DNA of 64,000 nucleotides. Source: Sphyrna mokarran. Taxonomy: Eukaryota. Shown here piece after piece: positions 13,915 through 27,068 of the stretch (position 1 is the stretch's first letter; each line of letters starts with the position of its first letter). The notes under the pieces are model-generated. The model was not told where the DNA came from and ran no database searches. It saw only the letters and a list, made by a program, of their open reading frames with translations. Both the position numbers and the translations under genes were made by a program. The DNA is taken from the NCBI GenBank assembly GCA_024679065.1, contig JAGIQG010000002.1, forward strand, positions 96,348,001 through 96,412,000, in the 5' to 3' direction.

Positions 13915-14680
13915 TCTTCTTCCATGTCTACCTCATCTTAAGATGCCTAATAAGTACCTTGGTCATCCTCCATCTGTAATTCTCTGCTGCGTAAACTTGT
14001 GTGGAATATAGTAGATCATTGTTATTTTTGACACCGTCACTGGTGACTACTGAAGGGTACCTCCAAACCTGGCTTGGAAACTGAATAGCAAATTCACCAC
14101 GCCAATTGTGTGCTCTATGACACATTTGGTGATCATGTGGATCTCACTGTGGCTTTTCTGTGCCTCATTGATGAGGCTCCTCAAATGTTTCATCAGCCAA
14201 GTTGTAAAAGGGTATCTTTTGCTTCCTTAAGTCTGATTCCTGGAATGAAAAGATATGGAATATCCCCACATGAAACCATCATGACAGCCTCCAGGGAATC
14301 GACACGTATCTATATAGACCTCTTCTTGTGCTTACATACCAGCTGTGCATAGATGGAATAAAATCCCTTGCAACTTGTAAAAAGACTTGCATTTTGTTCT
14401 GGCCTTCAGATTTCCACACCCTGTACTCCAGGAATTTAGCCTTAGAGGCAAATCTGAGTGTTGACTTGTTCTATTATTATTGCAGGAAATATTGACATCA
14501 ATCAGCAGCCTAGCAATCAATCCATCCATTACCTGCCTTATGCACAAATAAAGCAGCTAACTGGGAGAACCTGAAAAGAATGAGACGCAAAGGAATTGAG
14601 GGCAGAGGTGACTTTGAGTAACAGTAACATGTCCAGCAGAGAGCTGCTCTTCTTGAAAGACATTGTGCCTGCTATGTCAA
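13915..14680 (-). pseudogene. PIF/Harbinger (HARBI1-like, DDE_Tnp_4) transposase relic
   Basis: Minus-strand motifs in the correct order: LLKVTSALNSFASHSFQ (14571-14621), CIRQVMDGL, KGFYSIYAQLVCK, RFPGGCHD (about 14280-14370), GSKRYPFTTWLM (14191-14226); broken by frameshifts and stops. Confidence 0.85.
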
Positions 14681-17110
14681 TCTGTGCCTATGGGAGAACT
14701 ACCCTTCATATAATTTGAGGGAGCTGACCACTTGCTGCTACCCTTTCTTATTTGGGTAGAATCACCTGGAACCTTAGTTTCCCTGATCTCCTTTCTGCCA
14801 TGCTGTACCTCTCTTCTGTGCATCTCTTTTCCATGCATCAATAACCCCTCTCCAATGTACTCCTCTCCAGTGTACCTTTCTCTACTGTGCATTTCTCTCT
14901 TGAGAAAATCTCCCATGAGTATCTCTCATCTATATACCTCTGTTTGGTGGATCTTTATTCTTTGCACTTTTCTCTTGTGCACCTGCTGATTTCACTACAG
15001 CAAATTGTCACTACCATGGATAACATACGACATTCATGTCTGATATAGTGTTGAGAACATCTATAATGCCTCCCATTCTGCTGGTGTCTATTGGAAAGAC
15101 TCTCAAGACCTATTCTCTGGATTCTCTGCAAAACATTTGCTGGGGGAACTGACAAAGCAGATGAAAGAATGGAACCTTTGTTGAGATTGGACAATCTGAA
15201 ATTTAAAAACCTTCATAAAATGTATTTCAAACTCACCTTCTTTTCTCTAGTGAGTTTCTTGAGCCCCGGAAAACCATGCTGGAGGCGTTTAATTAAAATG
15301 CCTGTTTTAATTCAATTGAAAATCTTCTTATGTCGACATAATTATGATGTTAAATACAATGTTAATTGATGACTTGCCCGCACTAAAAACCTGGCTGATT
15401 CCAATGAACAGGTACTTGCATGCATATAAGCCTGCTTAAAGCAGAAAGTGGATATGCTAGGGTTATTTTTTCATTGTTCCGTGAGATCCAATTGCAATTG
15501 TGATTTAAATTTCTTAGAATTCTGTTTCCTACCTGGCCTTAACTCACAATTCCTTGGGAGTTAAAATTCCACTCTGTGTACAGAAAAGAGTAAAAACATT
15601 TAAACTTGAAAAACTGTATTAAATACATACCTATTTATGTTCCAGTTATAAACAACCTATTATTCATGTCTTTCAGTTGAATTGTCAGAATCCCTGACTA
15701 TATGTGACAAGATTTTCATTTTTGAGTATGATTTTAATATAAATTGCACAATTAAGGTAATTAGTAATTCAACAAAATATTTGAATATAAATTATTTGAA
15801 TTGTGTTATTTCAAATAATGTTTTAAGTTGAAAGAGGAACATATCAGTAAATATTAGGCTACAAATTCTTTTACTGCATTTCAGGCAACCAAAGATTGTA
15901 TGTAGCCTTAATCTGGAGATCCATGTTTATGATTGTGACAAGAGCCAATAAGATAAAGAGAAAAGTATTCCTTGTAATTTTTAGATATGCTTCAGTTACT
16001 TGAGGCAATAAAGTTGTTTCTGGAAAGATTGGAAGCCCTGATGCTCTTTGGCTGGCACAATTTCACCACTGTTGTGGTCTCTCAGCAGTACAAGAGCATC
16101 CAGGAGGTGCCACAAATGAAACAAGCGCCTTGAAAAATCCTTTAAATTCAGGAAACTCCCTCACATCTTACAACCTTTAGTATAGGTCAGTGACAGAAAT
16201 TCCAGCAGAATCTCTTCATCTCTCCTATCACTTCAACTCTAAAGTCTTCATCTTAATTTGAAGTTTTTTTCTTTTATCAAAATAAAGAACAAATTAATGA
16301 TGCTACACATGGAGATAGAACAGCTCAATCATCAATGCTTTATTGTTAGTTAAAAAAGATAACTATATTAATTAGTAACTGCTATTAGAGTCAGCAGCAA
16401 CTTTCACTTTTCACGTAAATGGATAACTGACAGTTGTGCAGTTGCTGACCAAATTCTCATTATACATCCTGCCTGATTTTCCTTTCCATTGACTTCAAAT
16501 AATAGTCAGTTTTGTGAACGCTATTGAGTTAAACAGTTGTACTTAGCTGCTTTTGTCCTTAAGAAACATAAGTTCATTACTGTGGTTTCTTTTCATTTCT
16601 ATTGCTTTTATATAGGTAGCAACAAAAACTAAATGGAATTATATCAAAAGAAAATATCTAAAATATTTCCCTGCCTGCTATTTTAATGGAGGCAATAACA
16701 CCTTAAATCAAAGAGCATTAGTGAAATTAACCCTCTCTTATATTCGTGCCCTATGGAAAGAAATCAAAACTGATTTCTTTTTTGTTCTCCACAAAACATT
16801 AATTTAGCAACTCATCCTTTTGCTGATATTTCTTTAACATTTTCTATATTTACTACAGATTTCTATTATTTCCCAGATTTATTATTTAGCATTGTGCTAA
16901 TGGTCAAAGGCTGAATAATTAATATATGGCCCATAGATTACTGTAATAAAACAAATTAGTTTATGATTCCCAATTAATTTTATAATAATGAGTGTTAATA
17001 TCATGTCCTTTATTATTTATGATGTAGAGATGCCGGCGTTGGACTGGGGTAAACTCAGTAAAGTTTTGCAACACCAATTTTAATTCCAACCAATTTATTT
17101 GATAGTAAAT

Positions 17111-17150
17111 CCGCGAGCTTTCGACACTATGTTGTGCCTTCGTCAGGCAA
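17111..17150 (-). ncRNA. Minimal hammerhead ribozyme in Penelope pLTR
   Basis: Minus strand: ttgc-CTGACGA-a-ggcac-aacata-gtgtc-GAAA-gc-TC-gcgg; intact core, helix II ggcac/gtgtc, palindromic AGCT helix III. Confidence 0.75.
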
Positions 17151-17366
17151 ATGCAGTGTTCTGATCTGAAGAGGCACTCATATCCACACAGACAGTTACA
17201 GATTGCTGATTAGAATGCGAATCCTTACATCTAACCTGCTATTCAAGTGTTAAAGTGGCTAACAATGTGTGTGAAGGGAATCCTGAGCATTGGTTAGAGA
17301 ATTGTGTATTTTCTCCAGACAGCACAGTAAGTGAAGTTTTTTGCTAACCCAGGCAAGTTACAGGGG

Positions 17367-18050
17367 TTACAGATAGTGTGACATGAAGCCAAGATCCCTG
17401 TTAAGACCGTCCTCATGTGTGCGGAAATTGGCTATCAGTCTCTGCTCAGCAACTCTGCGCCGTCGTGTGTCACCAAGGCCCCCTTGAAGAACATTTACCC
17501 GCAGGTCGGAGGCCGAATGCCCATGACTGCTGAAGTGTTCGCCCACAGGAAGGGAACTGTTTTGCCTGGTGATTGCTGAGCGATGCTCATTCATCCGCTG
17601 TCGTAGTGTCTGCATGGTCTCCCCAATTTACCATGCTTCGGGACATCCTTTCTTGCAACGTATTAGGTAGACAACGTTGGCCGAGTTGCAAGAGTATGTA
17701 CCGTGTACCTGGTGAATGGTATCCTCACGTTTGATTATGTCGTCCATGTCTATGTTCTGGCATGTCTTGCAGAGGTTGCTGTGACAGGGTTGTGTGGTAT
17801 TGTGGTCACCGTTCTCCTGAAGGTTGGGTAGTTTGCTGCGAACAATGATCTGTTTAAGGTTGTGCGGTTGTCTGAAAGCAAGAAGTGGGGGGGTGGGGAT
17901 GGCCCTAGCGAGATGTTCATCGTCATCGATGACATGTTGAAGACTCCGGAGAAGATGTCGTAGCTTCTCCGTTCTGGGGAAGTACTGGACAACAAAGGGT
18001 ACTCTGTCCACCTTGTCCCGTGTTCGTCTTCTGAGGAGGTCAGTGCGGTT
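17367..18050 (-). pseudogene. Penelope C-terminal linker and GIY-YIG endonuclease with a single nonsense codon
   Basis: ORFs 17628-18011 and 17367-17615 are in frame: PCHSNLCKTC...NVVYLIRCKKGCPEAW*IGETMQTLRQRMNEHR...VGEHF...AEQRLI...GLNRD. Confidence 0.9.
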
Positions 18051-18254
18051 TATCGCACTGGATTAGCCTGGATTAGCAAAAAACCTCACTTACTGTGCTG
18101 TCTGGAGAAAATACACAATTCTCTAACCAATGCTCAGGATTTCCTTCACACACATTGTTAGCCACTTTAACACTTGAATAGCAGAACTTTGCAAAACTTT
18201 ACTGACTTTATTATTTAACCATGTTAGCCATATCATGTAAACATATTGCATAAT

Positions 18255-19480
18255 ACCTACTGATTGTCTCCAGCAGGGAAAAGTGGAGCACAAACAGGGG
18301 CAGCAGGAACTAACAGAAGAAAGAGTCATATCAGCATGTTCTCGTTCCCATGAAATGTTACTGGTCATTAAAGAAAGGGCCATTGGTGAGGCTATGGCTG
18401 CTGGCTTCATTGAAGTTGGAAGATGAAGAGTCCTCCTTCTCACATCCATTCCTCCCTCATCCTATAATCTTTTCTGATTTAGTACCTGCTGATTTTGTTA
18501 GCATGCATTTCTTACTTGCTCTTTTCCCTTCACCACAACATTGCCCTTTTCTCTTTCAGATACCCAAGAACTGTTCAGACAATAGAGGAAGAGAATAAAG
18601 ACAAATATAATGAAGACATACCATCACTCAATTTCAACTTGCAGCCACAAGCACAGATACTGATACTGCAAACAGGATAGCACAGAGGTAAGGTCAGTGC
18701 ATGGAGAGACACTAGGGGCAAGGATGGTACCACTTAGCAGAAGGTAAGATCATACATAAGTTCTGCAGCAGGAATCTTAAATGAGGCCTTCAGTGGGCCA
18801 GGCTGCAGGAAAATGTTGATGGACATTAACTTCAAAATGTGTGCTGCATTGGGAAACCTGCCTGACAGCCTGTGATCAATGCCAAGGAGTATGGAGGGAT
18901 CTAGCACCAACCTAGTATAGGGATTTGTTAAGAGCTTGGAACCATTGTTCCAGCATAGAACTGATGGCTAACTTCATCATCATACTTGTGGGACCAACTA
19001 TGATGTGGTAACTATAATGTTGACCAATGGCTCAGCTTCCGACTACAACACAATCAGCAACCAGCCAATGGGGATTTAGAACATACCTTCCTTGGCTCTA
19101 GGTACTAGTTTAAATAGGATTGCAGAGAGTCAGAAGAATACAGAAATCTATCCTCCAACATGAAAGCAGGATAGTTGAAGTGCCACCCCATGGGAGTAGA
19201 AGTGGCACTATGGACAACAAATCTACTCTCTCAGGATGTCAGCATTTCTCTACCTATCAATGCAGCTCTGCCACTTCTCTGGATGTTGCCCCAGGTTGCT
19301 GCTGAACATGTTGAGATGATGCACTCTGAAAACAGGCCTTCTTAGTCATCTTTAGTCTCCTTCCCTGTCAGTCAGCAGCTTTCCATTTGTCACACCAAAT
19401 CATAGGGTAGTACTGCACAGGAGATGTAGCCTAGAGCCACAAAGACAGGAACTAAGGGGAATACACAAGGATAATTAGTT
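18255..19480 (+). pseudogene. Harbinger Myb/SANT (ORF2) gene relic, downstream exons
   Basis: Homologous by eye to 30250-30900: acceptor-like ctccagcag|ggaaaagtgg and ctctttcag|atacccaagaactg versus ccctttcag|tatccaagaactg. Confidence 0.5.
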
Positions 19481-19796
19481 TAATTTTGCATACAATATAG
19501 CATCATTCAATTTAGAAAAAAATGTGTATTCCATTTTTGTTTTAGCACTGTGACAAGAGCACAATGCAATTGTCAATGACAGAAGGAAGTTAAAGAAAGT
19601 TGGACTTCTAGGGAATTGGGGTTGAGTTTACTGGTTTTGTATATGAATGTCTCCTTCATATCTAGTTCAATCAGAAAATGTCTGCTTAGACTGCACCCCT
19701 CTCTCCTCTTTCTTTTCATCCTCTTCCACATCTTCTCCCCCTCCCTTATTTCTTTTTTCTTGTGTTCCTACTTCCTAAATTCACAGCTGACAATGG

Positions 19797-20584
19797 AGCC
19801 ATGTTTATTCCCTGACGGTGGCAAGACTTTGCAATATGCAGCATCTGGAGGTACTCTAATAAAGTTTGCACGGCAATTACCCAGAAGTGCAAACTTTCTA
19901 TTTCAGAAATGTGATTTAAATTGCAATCTAACTGGGTTATGCCAATAGTTACCCAGAAAAAGGTTTAAAAAATTTAAAACTCTTCCAATTTATGGGTAAC
20001 TATTGTACAAATCCACACTTGACCCCACGGCTCCCCCCAACAACCCTAAACCCTCCACTACCTGACTGTTCCTCGCCATGTGATTCCCCCACCCCCATTC
20101 CCAGGGGTCTCCCCCATACTCTAACTACTCTCTCCATCATATGCCCATAGGACTCCCCTCATTAACTGTTGAGAATATTTCAATCCATGGGTTCCCCCAA
20201 CTCCTGCGGGGGCACTTTGTCAACTCACCCACCCCTTCTACCCCACCAGGCCTGATTCTCTCTCTCTGCAAGGATAAACCAACCAGTCCAACCCCCTGAA
20301 CCAAATTCTATCCAGTTATCTTCACCATGGCCTGCCAACGATCTTCAAACTTCATTGCATCTTTAGCTTAACTAGTTGACAACAAAATTGTGCCATAAAA
20401 AGGGGACATGGCCTCCTTGCATTCAGCTGAGTTGCCCTCTGATGCTCACTGCACTGTACGATTAGCATCTCACCCAGCCTTAGTCGGAAGGATGGGCAAG
20501 GCAAGAAAGGAAAGAAATGAAGGTAAAAAGCTGGGAACGCAGTAGCAATCTGACTCTTACTGCCACTCTGAGGAAGTTCAGGCC
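19797..20584. mobile_element. Degenerate MITE-like non-autonomous DNA element
   Basis: Right end ctgaggaagttcaggcc is the reverse of ggcctgaactt(t)cctc also seen at 24852; C-rich interior; left TIR decayed. Confidence 0.35.
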
Positions 20585-21065
20585 TTTACATGTTTGGTGT
20601 GTCTCACATCAGAAGTGTGTATGCGCACAATCCTGATTTACCTCTACAGTGTTTACACAAGGAAAATCCTTTGAGAGAAAAGACTACAAAATCTCCAACA
20701 GAATGATTTCCTATGTAAGTAAAACATTTCAATGTGACTTAACTTGTGTGATTGTAAATTGAAAGAAAAAAATTAAGATAACGCTCCAAATAAAAACCAC
20801 ATTGTAGAATATAGAATAGAATATTTTTTCCATGTGTCCTTTGTTAAAATGTCCAAATTTTTTTCAATGTTTTACTGATGCTATGTGACCAGATAATATC
20901 TAGTCTGAAGCTGATACCACTAATTATACTAATTAAAAGCTATAATGTAGTTTCGCAAAAAGGGATAGATAGTGTAATGGAAGTCACTTATTTTAACAAA
21001 GGATATCTATAGATGAATACAACAACCTGACAATCCCTCTTTTTATGCCCTGTAACAATGTTGCT

Positions 21066-21290
21066 TAAATCAAAGCTTCATTAATTGACCTTGATTAAAT
21101 AAGGTCAGCTGGACAACTTTTGATTACAGCAGCAGATTTGAGGCTTGTTACTGTCCTACAGCTGTGACAGTTCAATGGAAAATTGTTCTTCAAACAGCGT
21201 AAGTGTCTGATTGTGCAATACCTAAATCAGCCTCATTGATTATTCACACACCAATGGGCTGCTTAGAGCTAGTGAAGTAATTAGTTTTTT
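21066..21290. promoter_or_regulatory. Candidate developmental enhancer / conserved non-coding element
   Basis: Non-repetitive-looking cluster: ATCAAAG (TCF, 21069), TGACCTTGA (NR5A/ERR, 21086), TGATTAAAT (21092), AGGTCA (21102), CAGCTG x2, TGACAG (Meis, 21165). Motifs only, no conservation data. Confidence 0.3.
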
Positions 21291-22389
21291 TTGTGGATTA
21301 TCCAGTGAGGAAAGGTCAAATAACTACAAATAGTGGCAGAAAACAAGAGTCGCCAAGGACTTTAGCATTCTGATTAGTTAAGAAATGCTATAGCAGGGTC
21401 TGATAATGATGTGCTTATACCAGGTTCTCCCAGGTTTGATTGTTCTGTCATAGGAATCCAATGAAAGGTGAGTGATGACTTTGTTTTTCTTTGCAGCTTT
21501 CAGTAAGTCCCTGATGTCTTTTGAGCAGAGAGATTGGCCAAGGAATTTAGAATGAGAAGAATGTAAAATCATATTTTTCCTAGCAGTTGGTTTCATTCCA
21601 CAAGACTCTATTTCACAATGCTTTGTTCAGATAGGGTTTACATTGTTTAAACAGAAATGTAACCCTGACTTAGAATAGAACGCTACAGACTGCACTGGGG
21701 CATGGTCGTTCTTCTGAGCTGTTCCCACTCTGCAATTGTAATTTCCCTATAACAGATACTAAGGGCAGAATTTTGTACTCTGGGTTGGCACCCTGATATC
21801 ATGGTAAAAGTTGGGGGGCAGGGGGTGGGGGTGGTGTGGGGGGGGGGGGGGAGTGGGAAGACAGTCACAGCTCCTTAATGTCAGGAAAAGGCATCAGCAG
21901 AGATTTTTGCCTGAATTTGCCAATCTGTTGCCAGAGGTTGAGCACACAATCTAGGAAAGGGGAGTGGACTGACTCATAAAATGGGAGGGCCAACAAGAAA
22001 CCATCCAACACTCGAGCATTGAAGGAACTGCAGCCTTGCGTTGCAAGTAAGGGAGAGAGAGGGCATCTTCACCTTGAAGCATCCCTCAATAATTTTAAAG
22101 CTCTTTAAGTGAAAAATGGCCACAGCTGCCATTCTTCACAGTGGAGATGGAACTCAGGCTGCCTGTAGCTGTAGCCAGCATATAGATGATGGTCTGGCTT
22201 GGTGGAGGAAAGTGCAGTGCAGGAGGAACCTGAAAGTCTGCCTTGGGAGTCTGTCTTCAGGTCGCTTCCTCCTTTGTGGTGTGCAGAGGCCGACAGGCCA
22301 TCAGAACACTCAGCCTAATGAGATATTGTGGTGATTGTCCCTTTAAGACCCATGCACACAGCAACTCAAACTAGACAATGCTTCCTGAG

Positions 22390-23395
22390 GTTATGTTATG
22401 ATTTATACACACACCAGACCTGCCTTTTGGTGTGCCTTCAGCATGTTCAATTTTCCAGAGGACAATGGAGATTCTGCTGCAGGGCTGCCACGAGCTGTGT
22501 AGTATACCTTGATGATCTTGTAACTGGATCGACAGGAACTGAGCATCTCGTTAATTTAGAGGAGGTGCTGAAAAGATTTCAAGAAGCTGGAGTTTGCCTT
22601 AAGAAGGATTAGTGTACTTTTCAAACCACTGAGTTAAGCTACCTTGGGTACCATCTAGATGCACAAGGAATACAGCTGATAGAAAAGTAGTTCAAGGCAG
22701 AAAAGACACAAAGTCCTCAAAACATATCTGAGCTCAAGTCCTTTTTGGGAATGGTAAATGCTGCATTTTTCAAACTTGTTGGTATATTTCAACCAAGGAA
22801 CTGGTGCTGTCCTGTGATGCTTCTTGGTGAGGTGTTATCGCAAGTGCAAGGTTGATAGGTATGTATCAAGATTCCTCTCAGAGGCTAAAAAAAGCCACTC
22901 AAATTGAGAAAGAAGAATTATCAACATCTTCTGGTATTAAGAAATTTCACCAGTACTTACCTGGTGGCATTTTACCATCATTTGCAAACACAAACAGCTC
23001 TTGGGGCTTTTTTTTTAAAAAAACAAGGCTATTCCTGCAATCACATCAATTCAATGTTGTACATTAATTCTGCCCACTTATGAATATATGTTCAAGCATT
23101 AATTTGGAACACATAGCAAATACGGGATTGAATATAACCATCCATTTCTACAAGGAAGTATTACAGCTGTTGCAGTTCCACAGGAAGCTGTCATAACATT
23201 AAATTTTTTGGACATGTTGCCAGTCCTGGCAAAATAAATCAGGACCAATCGAGATCCATTTTTGTCTAAGGTGAGACACAGGAGATTTACAGGTTGGGCA
23301 AATGAGCCAGTTTCTGAAGAAATGAACCATTTGTTACTGGCAAGGATAAATTGAGTTGCTAAAAAGGCATCATACTCTGGGGAGCAAGAGTTGCC
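22390..23395 (+). mobile_element. Ty3/Gypsy pol relic (RT and RNase H)
   Basis: VVYLDDLVTGSTGTEHLVNLEEVLKRFQEAG, ELKSFLGMVN, ELVLSCDAS, QIEKEELS...GIKKFHQYL in order, with frameshifts. Confidence 0.88.
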
Positions 23396-23631
23396 ACCCC
23401 TGTACCAGGCAGGTTGAGCTGAGTATTCACTTTGAAATTGATTTAACAGGTAATGTTCAGAATTTCAGCCAATTTGCATTTGTTAATCCATATTCTGTAA
23501 CTGCAATCAAAATGAATGTTTTATTTTCAATCTTGATGTACATAAAGTTACAATCCTTGAGAAATGAAAAATATGACTAAATGTCATGAAGGAGAATAAT
23601 GCATTAGCAACTTGTTAAAGCACTTGTTGCT

Positions 23632-24005
23632 AACTTTAGCTCAGTGGCCTCATTTTCACCTCAATTTGTTGTTTACAAGATTATGGCACTGCCAAAAAGA
23701 TTTGCTCCATAGTCTAGACTGATTCTGCTGTGAAATACTGAATGAGTGCTGTTGTGCTCGAGATGCTGCTTTCTGTAAGAGGCATTAACTATGGCCCTAC
23801 TTTCCACATAAAAGAAATCATGGTACAATTTAAAGAAAAGCAGAGAAACTGTCCTGAACAACCACTTTTATCCCTCAAGCAATATTAGCTACAGATTGTT
23901 TCAACATTATCTCATTGCTTTATGTCAGACCTTGCTGTTTGCATATTCATTAGTGTTTCCCTATATTACCACAGCGACTACAAGTCATTGGCTTTGAACC
24001 ATTTT
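23632..24005 (+). mobile_element. Old Deu-type tRNA SINE relic
   Basis: tagctcagtgg head; core aatactgaatgagtgctgttgtgctcgagatgctgctttc; similar to 11620-12300. Confidence 0.5.
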
Positions 24006-24935
24006 TAGATATAAAGGTAAAGTCCCCTAGTCCCAGATGACAGAATGCATATGCATTCCAACATGAGACTACAAGGCTATCAAAAACTCCCCCAAAATGC
24101 ATTACTCAGTCCACTATTGAAACTATGACGATAAACGTTCCACCCAGTCAATGAACAAAATAAATCATACACAGATGCAAGGTCCACCCTCCAAGCTACA
24201 AAGGTATAAAGGCACTGATATCATGAGAGATAAATTCATCTTTACAATTTTTACTGTACCAAATGGCTGCTACACATGGCAACAGAGTTGAGGGGACTGT
24301 GATAAGAGACAAATTAGTGAAAGGAGTGTAGCCATGTGCTGGCAAGATCACTTGCATAGGAAAGCTGTTGCAAGCAAATGTCCAACAAAACAGTTGATTT
24401 ACTATACAAGTGATTAAAAAGGCTGCTTGTTTGCTTATATTTTGTATGCCTAAACATTGCCACATAGTCACTACATTTCCAAGTAATTCATTATATCTGA
24501 AGTATTTGAGATGTTTCCTGAGGCATAATAAAATGTTTTATAAATGCACACTTTACCTCCTTTCATCCCTCTACGCCTGCTAAAGAGATGACTGCACATT
24601 CACCATCAGATATTTGTCACCATATTGCCAGGGAATGGATGGTCCCATTACTTCACAATGAGACTCTCCAATCTGATTGGATTATCATGAAATATGGATG
24701 TAAGCTTACAGTTCCATGTCACTACAAGGGGCTAAAATTCCAATTCTGTCTCCAAATTTGGGCAGTTGGATGGCTTTGATTCTGTGATTCCTTTACCAAA
24801 ATAAATGAGCCACAAATATTTTTACAAGAACAAGAACTTTTCAAAGTTTTGGGCCTGAACTTTCCTCTAAATTTGGAATAGTCACAAGAAGACCATTCTT
24901 CCTCATTGTGGTCAATTGTACAGTCTAGCAATTGA

Positions 24936-25132
24936 TCCAAAGATGTGGCAGTTAGGTGGATTGGCTATGCTAAATTGTCTGGTGTCCCAAGATGTGTAGG
25001 TTGGAAGATTAGTGAAGTAAATACATGAAATTATGAGGATGGGGTCGGAATAGTATGCTGTTCTGAAAGATCAGTGCAGACTCAATGGGCTGAATGGCCT
25101 CCATCTTCACTCTAGGGAGTCTATGATTCTAT
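24936..25132 (+). mobile_element. 5'-truncated HE1-type V-SINE
   Basis: tccaaagatgtggcagttaggtggattggctatgctaaattg...ctatgattctatga. Confidence 0.8.
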
Positions 25133-27068
25133 GAATTGCTTTGCTCTACATAAGGAATGTGTCACTGCACAGCTGAATAACCCAACAGTTACACAACACT
25201 CAAAAGAAGGCAGAGCTGAAGTTCTCTGACAAAAAAAAGTGAAATCACTCTGCTTAAGACTTAGGATAAAGAAAAGTAGTAAGGGCCAGGTCCTCTTCCT
25301 CCTTCAATGTCTTTAGCACTCTTCCTGCCAGTGCAATATCACCATTCCTGTTCCATTGTAATAAGTCAGTATATTGTAGAAAAGCAGAGAAATTGCCATT
25401 TTCCTATAAACTTGCCATCATTTAATTACAATGCCTCAGAACTCTTCTTCAGGACATAAGGGTCGATGCAAATTTCAAAGACAAGATAAAGAACTCATGT
25501 TTTGGCCCAGATCCTTGCTGTCCCATCTTCCTTTCCGCACTAGTGGCATATTTCCCAAAATTAGACAATACGCACAAGGAAATGCTTGTGAATTCTGAGA
25601 ACGTGATTTATGAAATAGCAACTGATCAATAAAAGTCCTGCAACAATGTTTCTTTAATGCTTCGCACACAACTAAAAGAGGCTTAAGTGCAATTGTTAGT
25701 TCCACTATGGAGTGCACAACTGTAGGAAATGATTGAGTGGAATAGAGCCTCCATCCTATTGTCAAAATATATTTCTTTTGTGGGTGAAGTACCTTATTTT
25801 CCTTGTGCATGGTTGATTCAGTCTAAACATCCCAACCCCAACATATCATAAATCAAGAGGCAAATACTTAAAAATCGAAAGATTTGGTATAATAGTCGTG
25901 AATTGCTTTTTTTTTGAACATAAACAAATATAGATTTACAGTTGGTTTATAAGTCTCATTAATGGCTTAAATTCTTATGTTCTGAGCTCCTTACAAAACG
26001 ATATTACAGCATCTGAAAATGATTTACAAAAATCTTTTTAAAAAGCCTGACCTGTTATGAGTTATCTTAAGAGAAAGGAGGATATTTCACCAGCTTTATA
26101 CTTACAGTTTGTGCAGCTGGTGGAATGGATGGGTCTCTGAGCATTATTTTATTTTGATTGACATTCTTAAACCTTTCTTAAGCTGGTGTTATAAACAGGG
26201 AGAGGGAGGAGGGAGTGGTTAACTTAAACAGCATTTATTTCTCCACTCACCATCTGTCTGTAAGTAGAAAGGAGTTTCTATTTGCTTCCCTTGGTGGCAT
26301 ATTTGCCAACTCTCAGTTTTGGTGTGATACAAATTTTTATTCATTCAGCAAACTTGAGACAGATGAATTCAAAGGGTTACTTCATCTGCATATGTGCACA
26401 TGTTCAAACTGCAAAAAGAAGGTTCACAAAATCTCTGCCCTTGCAATCATATAGTAAAAGAGGGAAAGCAGAAGGAAAGATTCAGAGACCACAGTCAGCA
26501 GAAATATTGTTTGATGTGGTTCTACAGTCCTAAGTCAAAGTCTAATGAAGTCTTCATTCGCAGTGGTCAATTAGCTAAAAACTGATGTTGGGTAATTCAC
26601 TTTCCTGGTAGTATTGACTTCACAAGATGAGAGAGATATACAGAAATGAATCAGTCTTGTACATGATGATACAGAATTTTCAGAAGAAGCAATGTAATTG
26701 GGGCAAGGTGTCCAACCTGAGCCTGAGTGCCTTATCTGTAAGGCTGCTAATTAGATGATAAATGCAGACTGAGACTTTCAGTTCAGCAAGGTAATATTAC
26801 TCGTTCCAAATACTAGAGTCCAATGTCACATGACTCCCACATCTCCACATTGTATAAATGATGATGTGGGCCCAAAATCCTGCGAGAGTGGGGAAAAGAG
26901 ATCCTTGTCAGTGGGATCTTGTTTCTCCAATTTTCCTTGCCCCTTGCCAGCAATGTAATGACGTTCCGGCAAGTGCCCCCAATTCCATAGTGGTGGTGGA
27001 GAATGCCCCTGATACCTCTGTGATGGGGGAGGGGATGGAGGAGAATACTCCCAATACTTACATGGAGG

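Larger units (their letters stand above)
17020..18205 (-). mobile_element. Penelope-like element, 5'-truncated, with a partial inverted pLTR
   Basis: GIY-YIG endonuclease ORF on minus; 18066-18184 is an inverted copy of 17235-17354; 12-bp TSD ctttattattta at 17008-17019 and 18206-18217. Confidence 0.92.
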
